Origin: Lytechinus pictus
Taxonomy: Eukaryota
Direction: 5' to 3'
Length of the DNA: 64,000 nucleotides
Assembly (NCBI RefSeq): GCF_037042905.1
Contig: NC_087251.1
Span: 4,652,001-4,716,000, forward strand
Shown in pieces: positions 14,187 to 26,700 of the stretch. The position numbers and the translations under genes are program-made. Below the pieces are notes generated by a model that was given only the letters and a program-made list of their open reading frames with translations, had not been told where the DNA came from and made no database searches. Positions within the stretch are counted from its first letter, which is position 1, and every line of letters begins with the position of its first letter.

Positions 14187-14822
14187 AACAAACCTTTGGT
14201 GAAGTGAATCAACTTGGTGGTGTCTTCGTCAATGGACGTCCTCTTCCCAACGCCATCAGACTCCGCATCGTCGAACTCGCTCAGTTGGGGATTCGACCCT
14301 GTGATATCAGCCGCCAGCTCCGTGTTTCCCATGGTTGTGTCTCCAAGATCCTGGCCCGTTATAACGAGACTGGCTCCATCCTACCAGGAGCAATTGGTGG
14401 TTCTAAGCCCCGGGTCACCACTCCCAATGTGGTTAAGAAGATCCGTGAATACAAGCAGCGTGATCCAGGTATCTTTGCTTGGGAGATACGTGATAAACTC
14501 TTAGCTGAGGGAGTCTGTGACAAGTACAATGTTCCTTCAGTCAGCTCCATCAGCAGGATTCTCAGAAACAAGATAGGAAACAACACTTTGTCTCATCTTC
14601 AGCATCACCCATATGATCCTACCAAGGATTCCCATCGTTCATTCTATAACACTGCCCTGTATCCCTATCCTTGTGCCCCTGCACCTGCTGGAACCACTGC
14701 TTCTAAAGTAGCAGCGGCAGCAGCAGCAGCAGCTAACTCCTGTGCGATGAGATCATGGCCATCATCACATACTGTCAATGATATCCTTGGATTCAGACAT
14801 CTAGGAGCTGGAGACCACTCAG
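14187..14822 (+). CDS. Pax1/9: Pax1/9 exon 2: complete paired domain, poly-Ala tract and octapeptide
   Basis: Encodes [80 protein letters not shown]...[16 protein letters not shown], diagnostic of the Pax1/9 class. It also encodes [13 protein letters not shown] (octapeptide 14768-14791) and no homeodomain. It ends at the donor CAG|GTAAGA (14823), phase 1. The ORF-track tail after 14822 is intron. Confidence 0.98.
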
Positions 14823-17800
14823 GTAAGACACTTAAAGACAATTGTCTTTCATTATTTTGTATTTATCTCCCATTAAATATGTTCGATAATTATATAATCT
14901 GTGACCGCTTCAATTGAATTAGTATGATATGAATATTGAATTTGTTAATATAAATTAATAAATATAAAAGTAATAAATATGATTCTTCATTGTCTATTGG
15001 GATGCACGAAAATTTGTTGATAAGGTGTCATGATTTATTATTTGTTTAAGAATGTATATTCATATCCCCTTCATATTTTAAAGATATCATAATCAAAGTT
15101 ATATGATTTGGGGATTTTTATTTAATTATAGATCATAATTTTTTTTTTTTTTGGGGGGGAGGGGCACATGCATTGGACTTCATCCTAAATTCTGAATAAA
15201 ACAAAATCTAAAAAAAATAATATTAAGTTGCAAATTCATTGCTACTTATTTTTGTGCAAGTAATTTACACAGTTGCTATTTTAATTATGTTAATATTAAG
15301 TGAGAATAATTATCTTTGAATCAACCTCTTTTATCACACCCATAATGTCTTTAATTGACTACATGAACCTCGTAGTCATCACCGTTTGAAAGCTTGATTG
15401 CAATATGGTTTCCCTTCCTCTCTAACTTTACATATCCACCATAGCTCAAGGTATTATTAACAAGATTAAGTGGCCCATGTGTTTTTTAAAGGAAAGGGAG
15501 AAGAGTAGAGAGATACTCTATGGTTTGAATAGAGGAATGCCAGTGATACCTTTGCACTGACGCATCGCTTTATTACAAGGTGTGAGTATTTAGAAGAACC
15601 ACGTGACTTGAAGAAATAAGGAGCTGCATACCCCTTGCGTGCTTTTCTTGCCTTAATGTTTACAATGCATGCTCTTAAGATGCGGGTGTATAGAGGCGCC
15701 ACATAAGTCTCCCCCGATCACATGGATCATGAAATGACATAAAATCCTTTACTGTGTATTTTTAGTCGTCAATTTCGTCTAATTGACACAGAGATTCTGC
15801 CTGGACCGAAGTCTTAGCAAATTGGTATCTTGTAGCAATATGGTTTAAGAGCACGAAAAATCGATGGATTTGGACAAGTTTTGGTTGAGGGAAAAGAAGA
15901 TTCAGCTGCGGGAAAATAGCGAGAGCGTGATGACAGTCAAAGTCGTATCGTAACTCACTTCAGAATCAAATCGTATTTGACTTGGCAGACAAATATATAT
16001 ACATACTTACCAGAGATGGAGCTAATGATTCCGACTAATGTCTAAAAGCTGACAACTTGTTTAAGTAATGAGAGAATCCATCTTGGATGTAAATTTAAGG
16101 GTTGTCGCTAAAATGATATGTCTGTTACTTGAGAAGTCACTTTTAATATTGAGAATAGAATGTCTGGTGGATGGTGCTCATGTGTCTACCAAATAATGGG
16201 AAATATGAGTTGCAATGATGAATGCTTATTTTTGAAAATATTTTTTTGGTTATGTTATAGATTGATATGGAGATAATTTTGGCTGATCTTTTGTACCTGT
16301 TTAAAATGTATCTGAATAAATTGATAGACTTATATACATGTATATTTAAGAAAAAAGGGATTATGATTTGACTTTCTCAAGTGTTCTGACCAAACACATT
16401 ATTGATCTATCATACACTATACTGGATAATTTGATCTAAACCTTTAGTATACACTCTAAAACCAGTCAAATCGAACTTTAAGAGACGCTCTCATAGAGTC
16501 ACTAAATTTCTATTAAAATACTAGTTATGATAAAAAAATGAAATGATTCCATTTTAAAATGACAAGATTTTATTCATTTTTGATGAGAAGCTATTTTTTA
16601 TCGTTTTTTAAGTGCCTATCTGATAAGGTATATTTATTCATATATGAGCAGACTTTAGACTTAGAGTATGGTTTTATCTCTACATCATTAAAACTAAAGT
16701 GAAATAACACCAAGAGGAATACTATCCGTAAATCGATGCACGTCTATACATCTTTGATTTTCATGTACAAACATGATCATGGACTTGAAAATTTCTTTAT
16801 TCAATAGTGCTTATTTTAGTCATAAACAATATATTACATTTTATTAATTTTTTCTCCCACCCCCCTCTCTCTCTTTAAAAAACCTCTAGCATTCTTAAAC
16901 GATAGTAATTATAGAAAAACAGATAAGATTCCTCTTTTTTCTTTTTCTAAGCGTGTGCAGAAATAAACACTATGCACGGCCGTTCAATATTACGCATGTC
17001 ACAATCGTGACGCGAGTCAGTGCCTATGTTGTAATGTTAACGATTCAATATTTCCTATAAAATACCTGCAGTCATTTTGTAATTTACATAGGTTCTGTAA
17101 GCATATCAATCAACAGATAGGACGAAAGCCATTACTACAGACCCTTGAATGAAAAGGGTATCATAGTTACCTCCGTTGACCCCTTAAGATTGTCACCACT
17201 ACCACCAAGACACCAAATAACAAAAGACCATCTACCAATTAGGGGTGACGTATAGCAAGTCATGTGATATGAGCAATCACCTTCTTCCAAACCCTTTCTT
17301 CTTTGAATCTTACCCGCCCCATGTTAAGGGTTTGTTGTTGGTTCCCGTCGGGTCTCTTTGATACCATTGGACCTAAGTAGGAACAAGATAAACCAACAGG
17401 ACCAAAATAAGGGGTGCCAGGAACAACGGGTTATCTGGAAAGCTTTGTTTGGAATAACACCGAGACTATTATGATCATGTTTTCATTGATCGGGACTGTT
17501 TGAAAACTTTGCCTCCCAAGCATAAACATGGATATCCGAGCTCCATATTGATGATGTAAGATACGGGATATACTGAATTAATTGGATGGTGCACCGTGTT
17601 TTGAGCAGAAGCAAATTGTGTAAAACATTTCCTTTATGTAATTCTGCTAGTGTTTCAGCTTATCTTTATTATAATGCTAATTTCATAATCATCATCACCA
17701 CCACATTATTTGATAAGAATGTAGGCCTATATATTTGACTTTTCGCGTCATCATACCTACGATGGTAATATCAGCAGCAGCTGCAGCATTATTATTGGTG

Positions 17801-19278
17801 TTCTTCATACTGAGCGCACGACTATAACTTTTTTAATATTTTGTATTCCATATAATTTCATTTTAAATAAATGTTTCAATTTAGGTTAAGTGCACAATGC
17901 AATCAACACAAAACAAATTACATTTTTACATAAAAATGTACATGCCATTCATAGTTCATGTAGTTGTTGTAAATAAATCATAAATGAAATCAATTAAGCA
18001 AGGTAGTAACTAAAGAAATAACAGTAATAAAATCAACTCAACAAGCTTTGCTTTTAGGGGTACATTCATGTATGATTTTGTATATATTTGGTTTGTATAT
18101 TGATTTTTTAAATGATTGAATAAAATTAATTGCATTGAACAAACGACAAAATGTTGAAATGTTGTCAATACAAAAAAGTTTAAAATAATAAAAACGACAA
18201 AATGTTGACATGTTGTCATTACAAAAAGGGTAATTAGTTAAGACAAGATTATCAATTTCGTAATTGCAGACTCCAGTCATGCTAGTAGACCAGTGCTGAA
18301 AAGGCAATTCATTTTATTGCATGGAATAACTTATCATTCATTAATGAGCAATTTGAATACAACGTAATTCATTATCGAAAAAAAGATATTCATATCATTC
18401 AATATTTCGGCGTTGCATATAGATACATGCACAAAAAAGCAAACAAACAACCAATTGTTGTTTTGTAAAGCAAGTGAAAGAATCGGTAGGAATTGGCATA
18501 TGACAGCCATTTTTAATGCTAAAAATAACTAAATATAATAATGAGAAAGAGGGGAAAATTGCTATGTTTGAATTTTGATGACGGATAATTATATTAACGT
18601 TTCCATTTCCTAAGAAAATTCATAAAATATAATGCAAAGCAAACTTTCTAAATTAGCTGGTCCCCTAATTCAGTATCCCCAGCATTGCACAAAAACAGAT
18701 ACATATCAAACACAAATTTAGCCGGTTTGTAATAAAGTATCACGGTATTATGATTACTAGTCTAAAAAAATCATCTCGTTAAAGTTAATCATTAATCGTT
18801 TCATTAAAATATATATTGACAATTTTTTTACCATTTTTTAATTTACAAAATTTCCGGAGAATGGCCCTTTCCAGGTGTCTTTATTGTGACTCATGTACAT
18901 GATGAATATTAACTTGATTTTTAAAATTCACTTCATTCCAAAACAAATAGATATATATTAATGGATTCTTCTTGATTTTCATTTTTTTATGTCAACTCAT
19001 ATTTATTATTTTTCAAGGCAAGTTTGTACGAATTTCAAAAATTATCAAGAGATATTGCATTGATCGCTTATCAACATGCTGTATTCTTCTGAGATTTAAT
19101 AAAATTAGTACATTATCCATTATCATATAGGAGTACTATAATTCGTTTATTTTGATAATATGTAATGCAAAAGGATAGTAAACAAAAAGTTGAAATGATG
19201 AGACCATTGCGATAAATAGCCGACTAAAAGTATCTATATTTTACATGTTAAGATGTAAACATTAAGATGATTTTATCT

Positions 19279-19766
19279 GTAATAATAATAATATATACTG
19301 ATTTATATAGCGCACAAACTATGTGCATATATTCTACTGCGCTGCAATTAAGAGCTGGTGAAATGCTTGAGAACAAAATTAGAAAAGGGGGTAAAGAAAT
19401 GTATGGGAATTAATTGAACAGATAGGTTTTTAATTTAAGTTTGAACGTTTCTACTGATGGACAGGATCTTATTAAATACGGCAAACCATTCCATAATTTT
19501 GGGGCTGCACAGGCAAAAGCACGATCTCCCAAAGTTATCTGTGTATTATGAGTGGGGATATGAAGGAGCAAATTATCATGAGAACTACGCAGGTTGTGAG
19601 AGTGTCTGTGAACTTTTCTTTGTAAAAGCTCAGAAATATAACTGGGGGCTTGTATACGATTAACATAATCTTGAAAGATATTCGTTGGCAAACTGGAAGC
19701 CAGTGCAGATCTTTTAAGACAGGGGTGATCCTTGAAAATCTAGATTGACTACAAATCAACCGTACA
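19279..19766 (-). mobile_element. 5'-truncated L2-clade LINE, 3' end
   Basis: Two broken frames encode RITPVLKDLHWLPVCQRISFKIMLIVYK and APSYISELL...LRSS...GDRAFACAAPKLWNGLP..IR....FKLKLKTYLF*, the typical L2/CR1-group ORF2 C-terminus. A short 3'UTR ends GCGC..TAGAATAT...GCGCTATATAAAT followed by an (ATT)n tail at ~19280-19293. Confidence 0.9.
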
Positions 19767-22700
19767 CATGCGTATTAGGCAAATGATGCAAATGATAACG
19801 ATTACGTTGATACAAAATAAAAACCTGCATATTTTTAAAAATAAATTTGCCAAAAATTCAGATATCCGTTGAAGTCGATGTATTTTGTTCTAGAAAAATA
19901 TTTCTTTTTATTCAATTGAATGTAATTTCATTTTACTTAAATCAATAAATTTTCAACTTGTCGTCCTCACAATATCAGAAATCAATGATTAAAAATCAAA
20001 TCAATCTGGAGTCGACACCATGCATAATATAATGAATATGATAATCGTGGATTGGTGTCCCTTTTGTATGTTTTGATCTGATACATGCTATCAAGTCTGT
20101 AACGAAAAGGACATTAATAGCATGTGTGCTTGTTGCAAATTCCCGTACAATTTATTTTGAATATCAACAGATTTTAAACAAAAGCTTTTTATGGAGTCAT
20201 TACTTTGATGAAAAAAGGGTATAGTCTTTTTTCTTTCAAAAATCATTGAGAAGAAAGTTTCGTTTTCACACTCTAGTAAGTTTTTTTCTTAAAGAAGGCT
20301 TCTTTTTCTCCCCCTTTTTTTGTTGCTTTCAATGCAAACATCCGTCCCTGGCTAACTCTGGCATGCCGTTCATCTTGTATTTCTCTTGATAAACTTCTTT
20401 TCGGGCTCCTGCGCTCTCGAAATGCCTAATTTGCAATCAGTCTTGGGCGAAGAAGGAGAAACGTAAGATAGGAGGTATTATTGTGTTTCGTGTCGTTCGT
20501 AAGCATGAAATAAGGGATCACATGCTGGTCTCTGCATGCTTCAAAACGGCTCGGGAAGCGGTCAAGAGTGCTAGTGTTTCTCCCTGGAACCGGGGCTGGG
20601 TATCGCAATGGTAGCGTCTTTCCTCGCGACTCGTCGCGCCTTCTAACCGACGGCCTTACACTCTACTAACTCATGCGGAACAAGTTGACACTCAAAAAGT
20701 CTCAGTCGCTTCGAACGAGTGCTGCGTGGCGTGTCGAATGAATGATAGAGAAGACAGAAAACTTACAACCGTATACTTTTGAAACATAGTCCCTACATAC
20801 ACCCCAAGAGTGAAAGAATGAGAAGAGAAAAAGAGAGTGAAGGGAAAAAATCCCTTGCTTGTTTTTTGATAGAATTTCAATTTAAAATTCTTTAGACAAT
20901 GTTAAATTTGAGGTTGGGAGATGGCGCGGGCGAACGGTTGTAAACGGACGGGATCGAATCGGTGAGTGAAGGGTGTAACGTGAACCATCTTTTTACCCCT
21001 ATACTCACTCCAGAAGGTCAGGAACAATTACAAATGTAAACCTATATAGCAGTCGACGAAGTGACTTCTCTATGCCTAAGGATTTTCTATGCTATAAATA
21101 ATGAGGTAGAATGATGAGGGAATCTCAAGAACTAAACTAACAGCAGAAAACGAGTGGTTAGGGAGGTTTTGGAGTAGTAATTCGAGGCAGAAAGCACACA
21201 GAAGATTGGGTCTCAATTGTTTGCTCTGGAGCAAAAAGGAAATAAGAACTGTGACGTGATGCGCAATGAAGATGTTCTGGATAAGGCCTGTCTGTTAGTC
21301 GAAAGGGCGAAAGACAACTAGGCAATTTCTTCCTTGTTCTTGGCTGTCTAAATTTGAAAAAACCGTATCATAATTGCAGATTTGTTTTCTTTTCACTGGA
21401 CAGGAAATAGCGCTGAATGCAGATAAAACCCTTCCTCAAGCTAGTACCTTTCGACATGTAATTCATAGTAATATAAAATCATATGGTGTATATACTACTG
21501 ATGAAATGATCACAAGATCATTTCTGACCATAAATCTCGTGAAAATAATCATCCATTTCTTAGAATGCAATTGAGAAAAGATAACAATTTATTTCGAATT
21601 TGCCCTGAACGTTAATGTGATCAAATGAGAAAAATCAAAATCGATAATGCAAATGAGGTTAACAGTTAAACTCAATAGTGATATACAATACTGTAAGTCT
21701 CTAATGACCGAATAATGTAATAATGATTTTTCGGAACGAAATTAACGGTATAATATTATAAAAATGAAATAAACGTTTTAGCAAATAGTGTCATTCTTCG
21801 TAAGACATTATGTCCAGATATTGGGATATTGATGAATTAAAGGAGTGAAACAAGTCATCCAGATAACTCTATCGACAGCATGTATATATTAAAAAAGGAC
21901 TTTAAATATCTACAAACATTTTGATAAGATATTTAATGAATAAATATTTTTTAAAGTCTTTCTCTATCGTTACATGATTTAAGAATATTGGATAATGTTG
22001 ATCTTGGATTTATTTGACGATCTAAAAGTCCATTTTCATTGGGAAGCAAAGTGAAACTGTGCCTAAATCCACCTTTAACATTAAAACATTATTAACATAA
22101 CAGAATAATCGGCAATGTCCTAACATTTTGAATACCCTTTAAAATACTATAGCCGGTGTCCTGTACTTATTTATAGATCAAATATATGAGTCATTTTGCT
22201 TCCTTTCTCTCCGGGGTCTCGTCTGCATTGTTATAGCTATCTCACAAGTCGCTCTAACATTTTCTCAATTTACATTTAATGACTAAAGTTACAGAAAGCG
22301 TTGAAAGTTTGATCACAAGGAAAGGTTTCGTTGGTGAATCTTTGCTTGCATTCTTGACATAATTATATTAGTCCCTAAGCAAAGGCTTTAAGAATGTATT
22401 TATCTTTCATTTTCATTTCGCAGTTTGCTGAAAATTTGGAAAGGACCATGTACCTATTCATGTATACGGTGCATTTTAAAATGTTGATTATTGAAGTGAT
22501 GGATTAATGCAGCTTATATCTACCTGTTGTCAAGAGAACTTTATTTGCGTGAATCATAAAATGATAACGTCAGTTCTTAAGGAAAATTTATCATTCATTG
22601 AGGAAGGTTTTGTTTTTAAATCAAAGAAATTACGTTTATCAGATCTGCCTTCATGTAAAGAAAATATGTATTCAAATTTGCATTTTAGATGCATGGGGTT

Positions 22701-25700
22701 TCTTTTATTATCTTTCTTATGAGATGGTCATTTTTTGAGTAATATTAAATTTCTAATATTTTGTTAAATAATTGAATTTCGAAATATAATTCGGTAAAAG
22801 ATTTATATTCTAGATTAGGCCTTATTTGAAAATGAAAGGAAAACCCTTTTTGCTTAAAACTTATTTTTAGTGTTATGAAAAGTCGTTCTAATATGATAAG
22901 AGTTATCTTATATCTGTTGAGGAAACGTGCATCGGAGTGTAAAATACATTTATCTATGCAACATAATTTTCACCAGATATTTTACCTTACTAATCTGAAT
23001 ATTCATAATTTGCAAAATGAGCTCTACGGGAAATTGTGTTTTACTCAAATCTTTCACGATTTTTCGGATAAGACAGAGGACTTTTTTAAAGTGGTCACTG
23101 ACAAATATTTTCATTTTTTTTAAATGGTTGTTATAAGTGGCTGTACAATAATTTCCATATAGCTTAATCATCTCATAAATATATATGTTTTGAAGAAACA
23201 AACAATTTTATCTCAGATTTTGGTGGTTATTATATTAGATTATAACTACAGACATGACATCACAAGGTTAGTCAAATGTATCTATACACTTTAATATTTG
23301 ATTTCTCCCTTGTTTCCATATATTCAAGTCACGGAAAGATTCCTTCTTTTGGACCTGGTATATTCTTGAATCTTCCACTCTAAACGTAAAATCAGTTGGA
23401 ACGATTTATTTGCTGACTTAGTTCGGCGCAATTGAAATTTATTGAATGAGAGGTGTCGGAAAAGGCGGGATGTGCTTCAATTTGAAGTTGAGATGGGCAG
23501 ATGGAAAAAGAAGATCCTGTATTCTTGATGTATTTGTAAATGAAAGAATGAGATAAGATTGATGGGGTTCCTTAGAACCAGGTGTGTCGAGATCAAGTCA
23601 TAGTCGTGTAGCAGAGAGTACACGCCATGGTGTTGCGTGGTCGGGGACAAAGTGGAGTGCATGGTAAATACATTATACGGCCTTCTTGAGTAGCCATTTC
23701 CATTAGCTGCACGATGGCCAATGCATGTAAAGTGCTTGGATATCGTTGTTGAACGAGGCTTGAGATGGACTCATCGGGCCAGTCTCGGCGTAGAAACCCA
23801 CCACGAGTAGTGGGCAACTCAAGCGCCTCTTCGCCAACCCCCAAAGGTGCTAATTTAGGAGTCATTTTCTTGATTGTTTTTTAGGATGTATTCTCGTTAG
23901 ACGTCACGTACTCGTTTTTAGATGTTAGAATTGTGGGAGATAGTGTATTGGCAGCTATATAAGATAGGGGGTTGAATGGGAAAACCGTGTAAGAATGTTG
24001 AGCTTCAAAAACGGTCGCGCCAGTTCCGGACTGAGCCAGAGTGCAAAACATATTGACACGGTATCCCCTATAGACGAGATACACTACAAATATCATGGGG
24101 AGAGGGAAGGAAAGGGGATGGGGTTGGCAGAGAGGGAGAGAGAGAGGGGGGGGGGGGGGTACAGCAGAGTACGATAAATCAAGAAAAAATGATAACAAGA
24201 CCTAAGTAATATATAATTATCAGTCTAGAGAAGGGAGATGAATAGAGAAAGGAAAATGGAAGTAGGAAAGAGGACGACAGAGAGATTTCTGATAGAAAGG
24301 CAAAAGCGAAAATCGTTAATAATTTATGCACCCCTTTCATCTAAATAGTGAAGATGACATAATTGATATGCCGAAGGGTACATGGGTAAAAGTTTATATA
24401 TCACAAGTTATTGACTATAAGTGTACTACTATTTGTATTATTTTCTGTGAAATTTTATGTATATTCTATAATATAGATTTTCTCACCGGCATTTCCTTAA
24501 TTTGTTATTTATTCGAAAATTCACTTCATATCATTAAGAGTTTTGTTATTGCAAAATTATTGAGAAATTTAAATATTTGTTACATGCAGATTTATTGCTC
24601 GTTGTGTAATGCAAAAAATAAAAACACTTTCTTTTGGTTCACTATGGGTGAGCATTCATAAAAGAGTTCGTTTTCATGAAAAACGTTATTTCAATTTCTT
24701 TAGTAAAATGTTGTTTTTTTATCTGGAAATGCTATACGACCAATTCACATTTCATGATTGTTATTTTATGAAGGCTATAAGATGTTGTTTCCAGTTCATT
24801 TAAGGTTTAAACCGAATTAATTAAAATTGCACTTTACATAATTACATATTTTCGTGTATAGGGGATTCTTTCTCGTTTCATGCTGTAATCAATGACAAAT
24901 TTGTTAATCTTTTTATGGATCAGAACTTAATTTCATTTTCTTCGTAGCATTAAAACAAAATTAATCCGCTCATAATGGAAACATTGTACTGAATTATGAT
25001 TATAAATAATTTCAAACGATTGCGAAAGTTCGGATGACTTTGTCCTCATGATCTCGATTATAACTTCTCATATCCCATCATGCTTTGCGGTAGCTCTATT
25101 TCTTACCCCTTTAGCATAAAAAAAGAGCCATGAACTGTTTTCATGAACTGTTGTTTTCTCGTCCCATATCCTCTAGAATCTAACTTGCGATCTGATTAAG
25201 ATTTGCAAGTAGACCAGAACCACACTGTACTTGTTGGTTCCCTGTGGGGGGGGGGGGGTGGGGAGGCATTGAGGATTCTAATGTCTGCGATATTTCATTA
25301 TCTTTCTCTCGTGTGATCAACTTTCCATGACATAATCGCAAGCATCATAATGAAGAAATGTGATATGCCTTGGGTGTGTATTGTATACCTGGGGACGGGA
25401 AGGGAGGGCTGAAGTGAGTGTGATTACAACAAGCATTTCAAGATTTGAGGACTACAAAAAGCAGCGTGATAACGAATCGAGTACCATAAATCACTGTTAA
25501 TACAGTAATAAATCTAATAAGAATTACTAATTATATGATAAAATATAACTTTACTTACAAACAAATCATTGAAACAAATTAGAAACAATTAAAAGAAGAT
25601 ATTGTCCTTTATGATAATCACAATTATTGGTGCTGAACTGGAAAAGGTGACTCGTAAGATTTGTTAATTTCTTGTAATGATTTACATCGATTTCATTTAA

Positions 25701-25951
25701 TCTATTTCGAAATCTCTAATAAAATAAACATTTGAAAAAAAATGTATGTGTATTTGTGTGGGTGGGTGTTGTGAGGGGGGGGGGAGAGTAAGGAAGACAG
25801 ACAAAAGTTTATAAGAACTGTAGAAAGAGGGAAATATATGACATATAAAGAATTAACCGCCCCCACACAGGATAGTCATATTATTTGATATTACTTTTAT
25901 TATTTTGTTTATGATGAAAAAAAAATCCGTGTTTACAATAACTAGCGTCTA

Positions 25952-25961
25952 TACTACTACT

Positions 25962-26055
<94 letters not shown>

Positions 26056-26146
26056 GATGCTGCTGCTACTACTACTACTATTACTACTATCACCACTATT
26101 ATACTACTATCTACTACTGCTGCTGCTGCTGCTACTACTACTACTT

Positions 26147-26220
<74 letters not shown>

Positions 26221-26230
26221 GATGCTGCTG

Positions 26231-26289
<59 letters not shown>

Positions 26290-26338
26290 GATGCTGCTGC
26301 TACTACTACTACTACTACTACTACTACTATCACCACTA

Positions 26339-26375
<37 letters not shown>

Positions 26376-26700
26376 ACTACTACTACTTCTACTACTACTA
26401 CTTCTACTACTACTACTACTACTACTACTGCTACTACTACTACTACTACTACTACCACTATACTATTACTACTAATGCTGCTGCTACTACTACTACTACT
26501 ACTATTACTACTATACTACTACTTCTACTACTACTAATACTACTACTACCACTACTACTACTACTAAAACTACTACTACCACCATCACCACTATAGTATT
26601 ACTACCACTATACTATTACTACCACTATACTACTACTACTACTACTACTACAACTACTACTTAATTACTGCTACTATGCTCCCACTATGCTGCTGCTACT
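25952..26700. repeat. Long (TAC)n trinucleotide array with (TGC)n and TATCACCAC interruptions
   Basis: Directly visible; it produces the poly-Val and poly-Leu pseudo-ORFs 25881-26336 and 26057-26596. Confidence 0.97.

Noticed and set aside
14823..14917. C-terminal [30 protein letters not shown] of the 252-aa ORF
   Set aside because: It lies after a consensus donor CAG|GTAAGA and composition turns AT-rich; this is intron read-through.
25881..26596. Poly-Val and poly-Leu ORFs of 151 and 179 aa
   Set aside because: Translation of a (TAC)n microsatellite.
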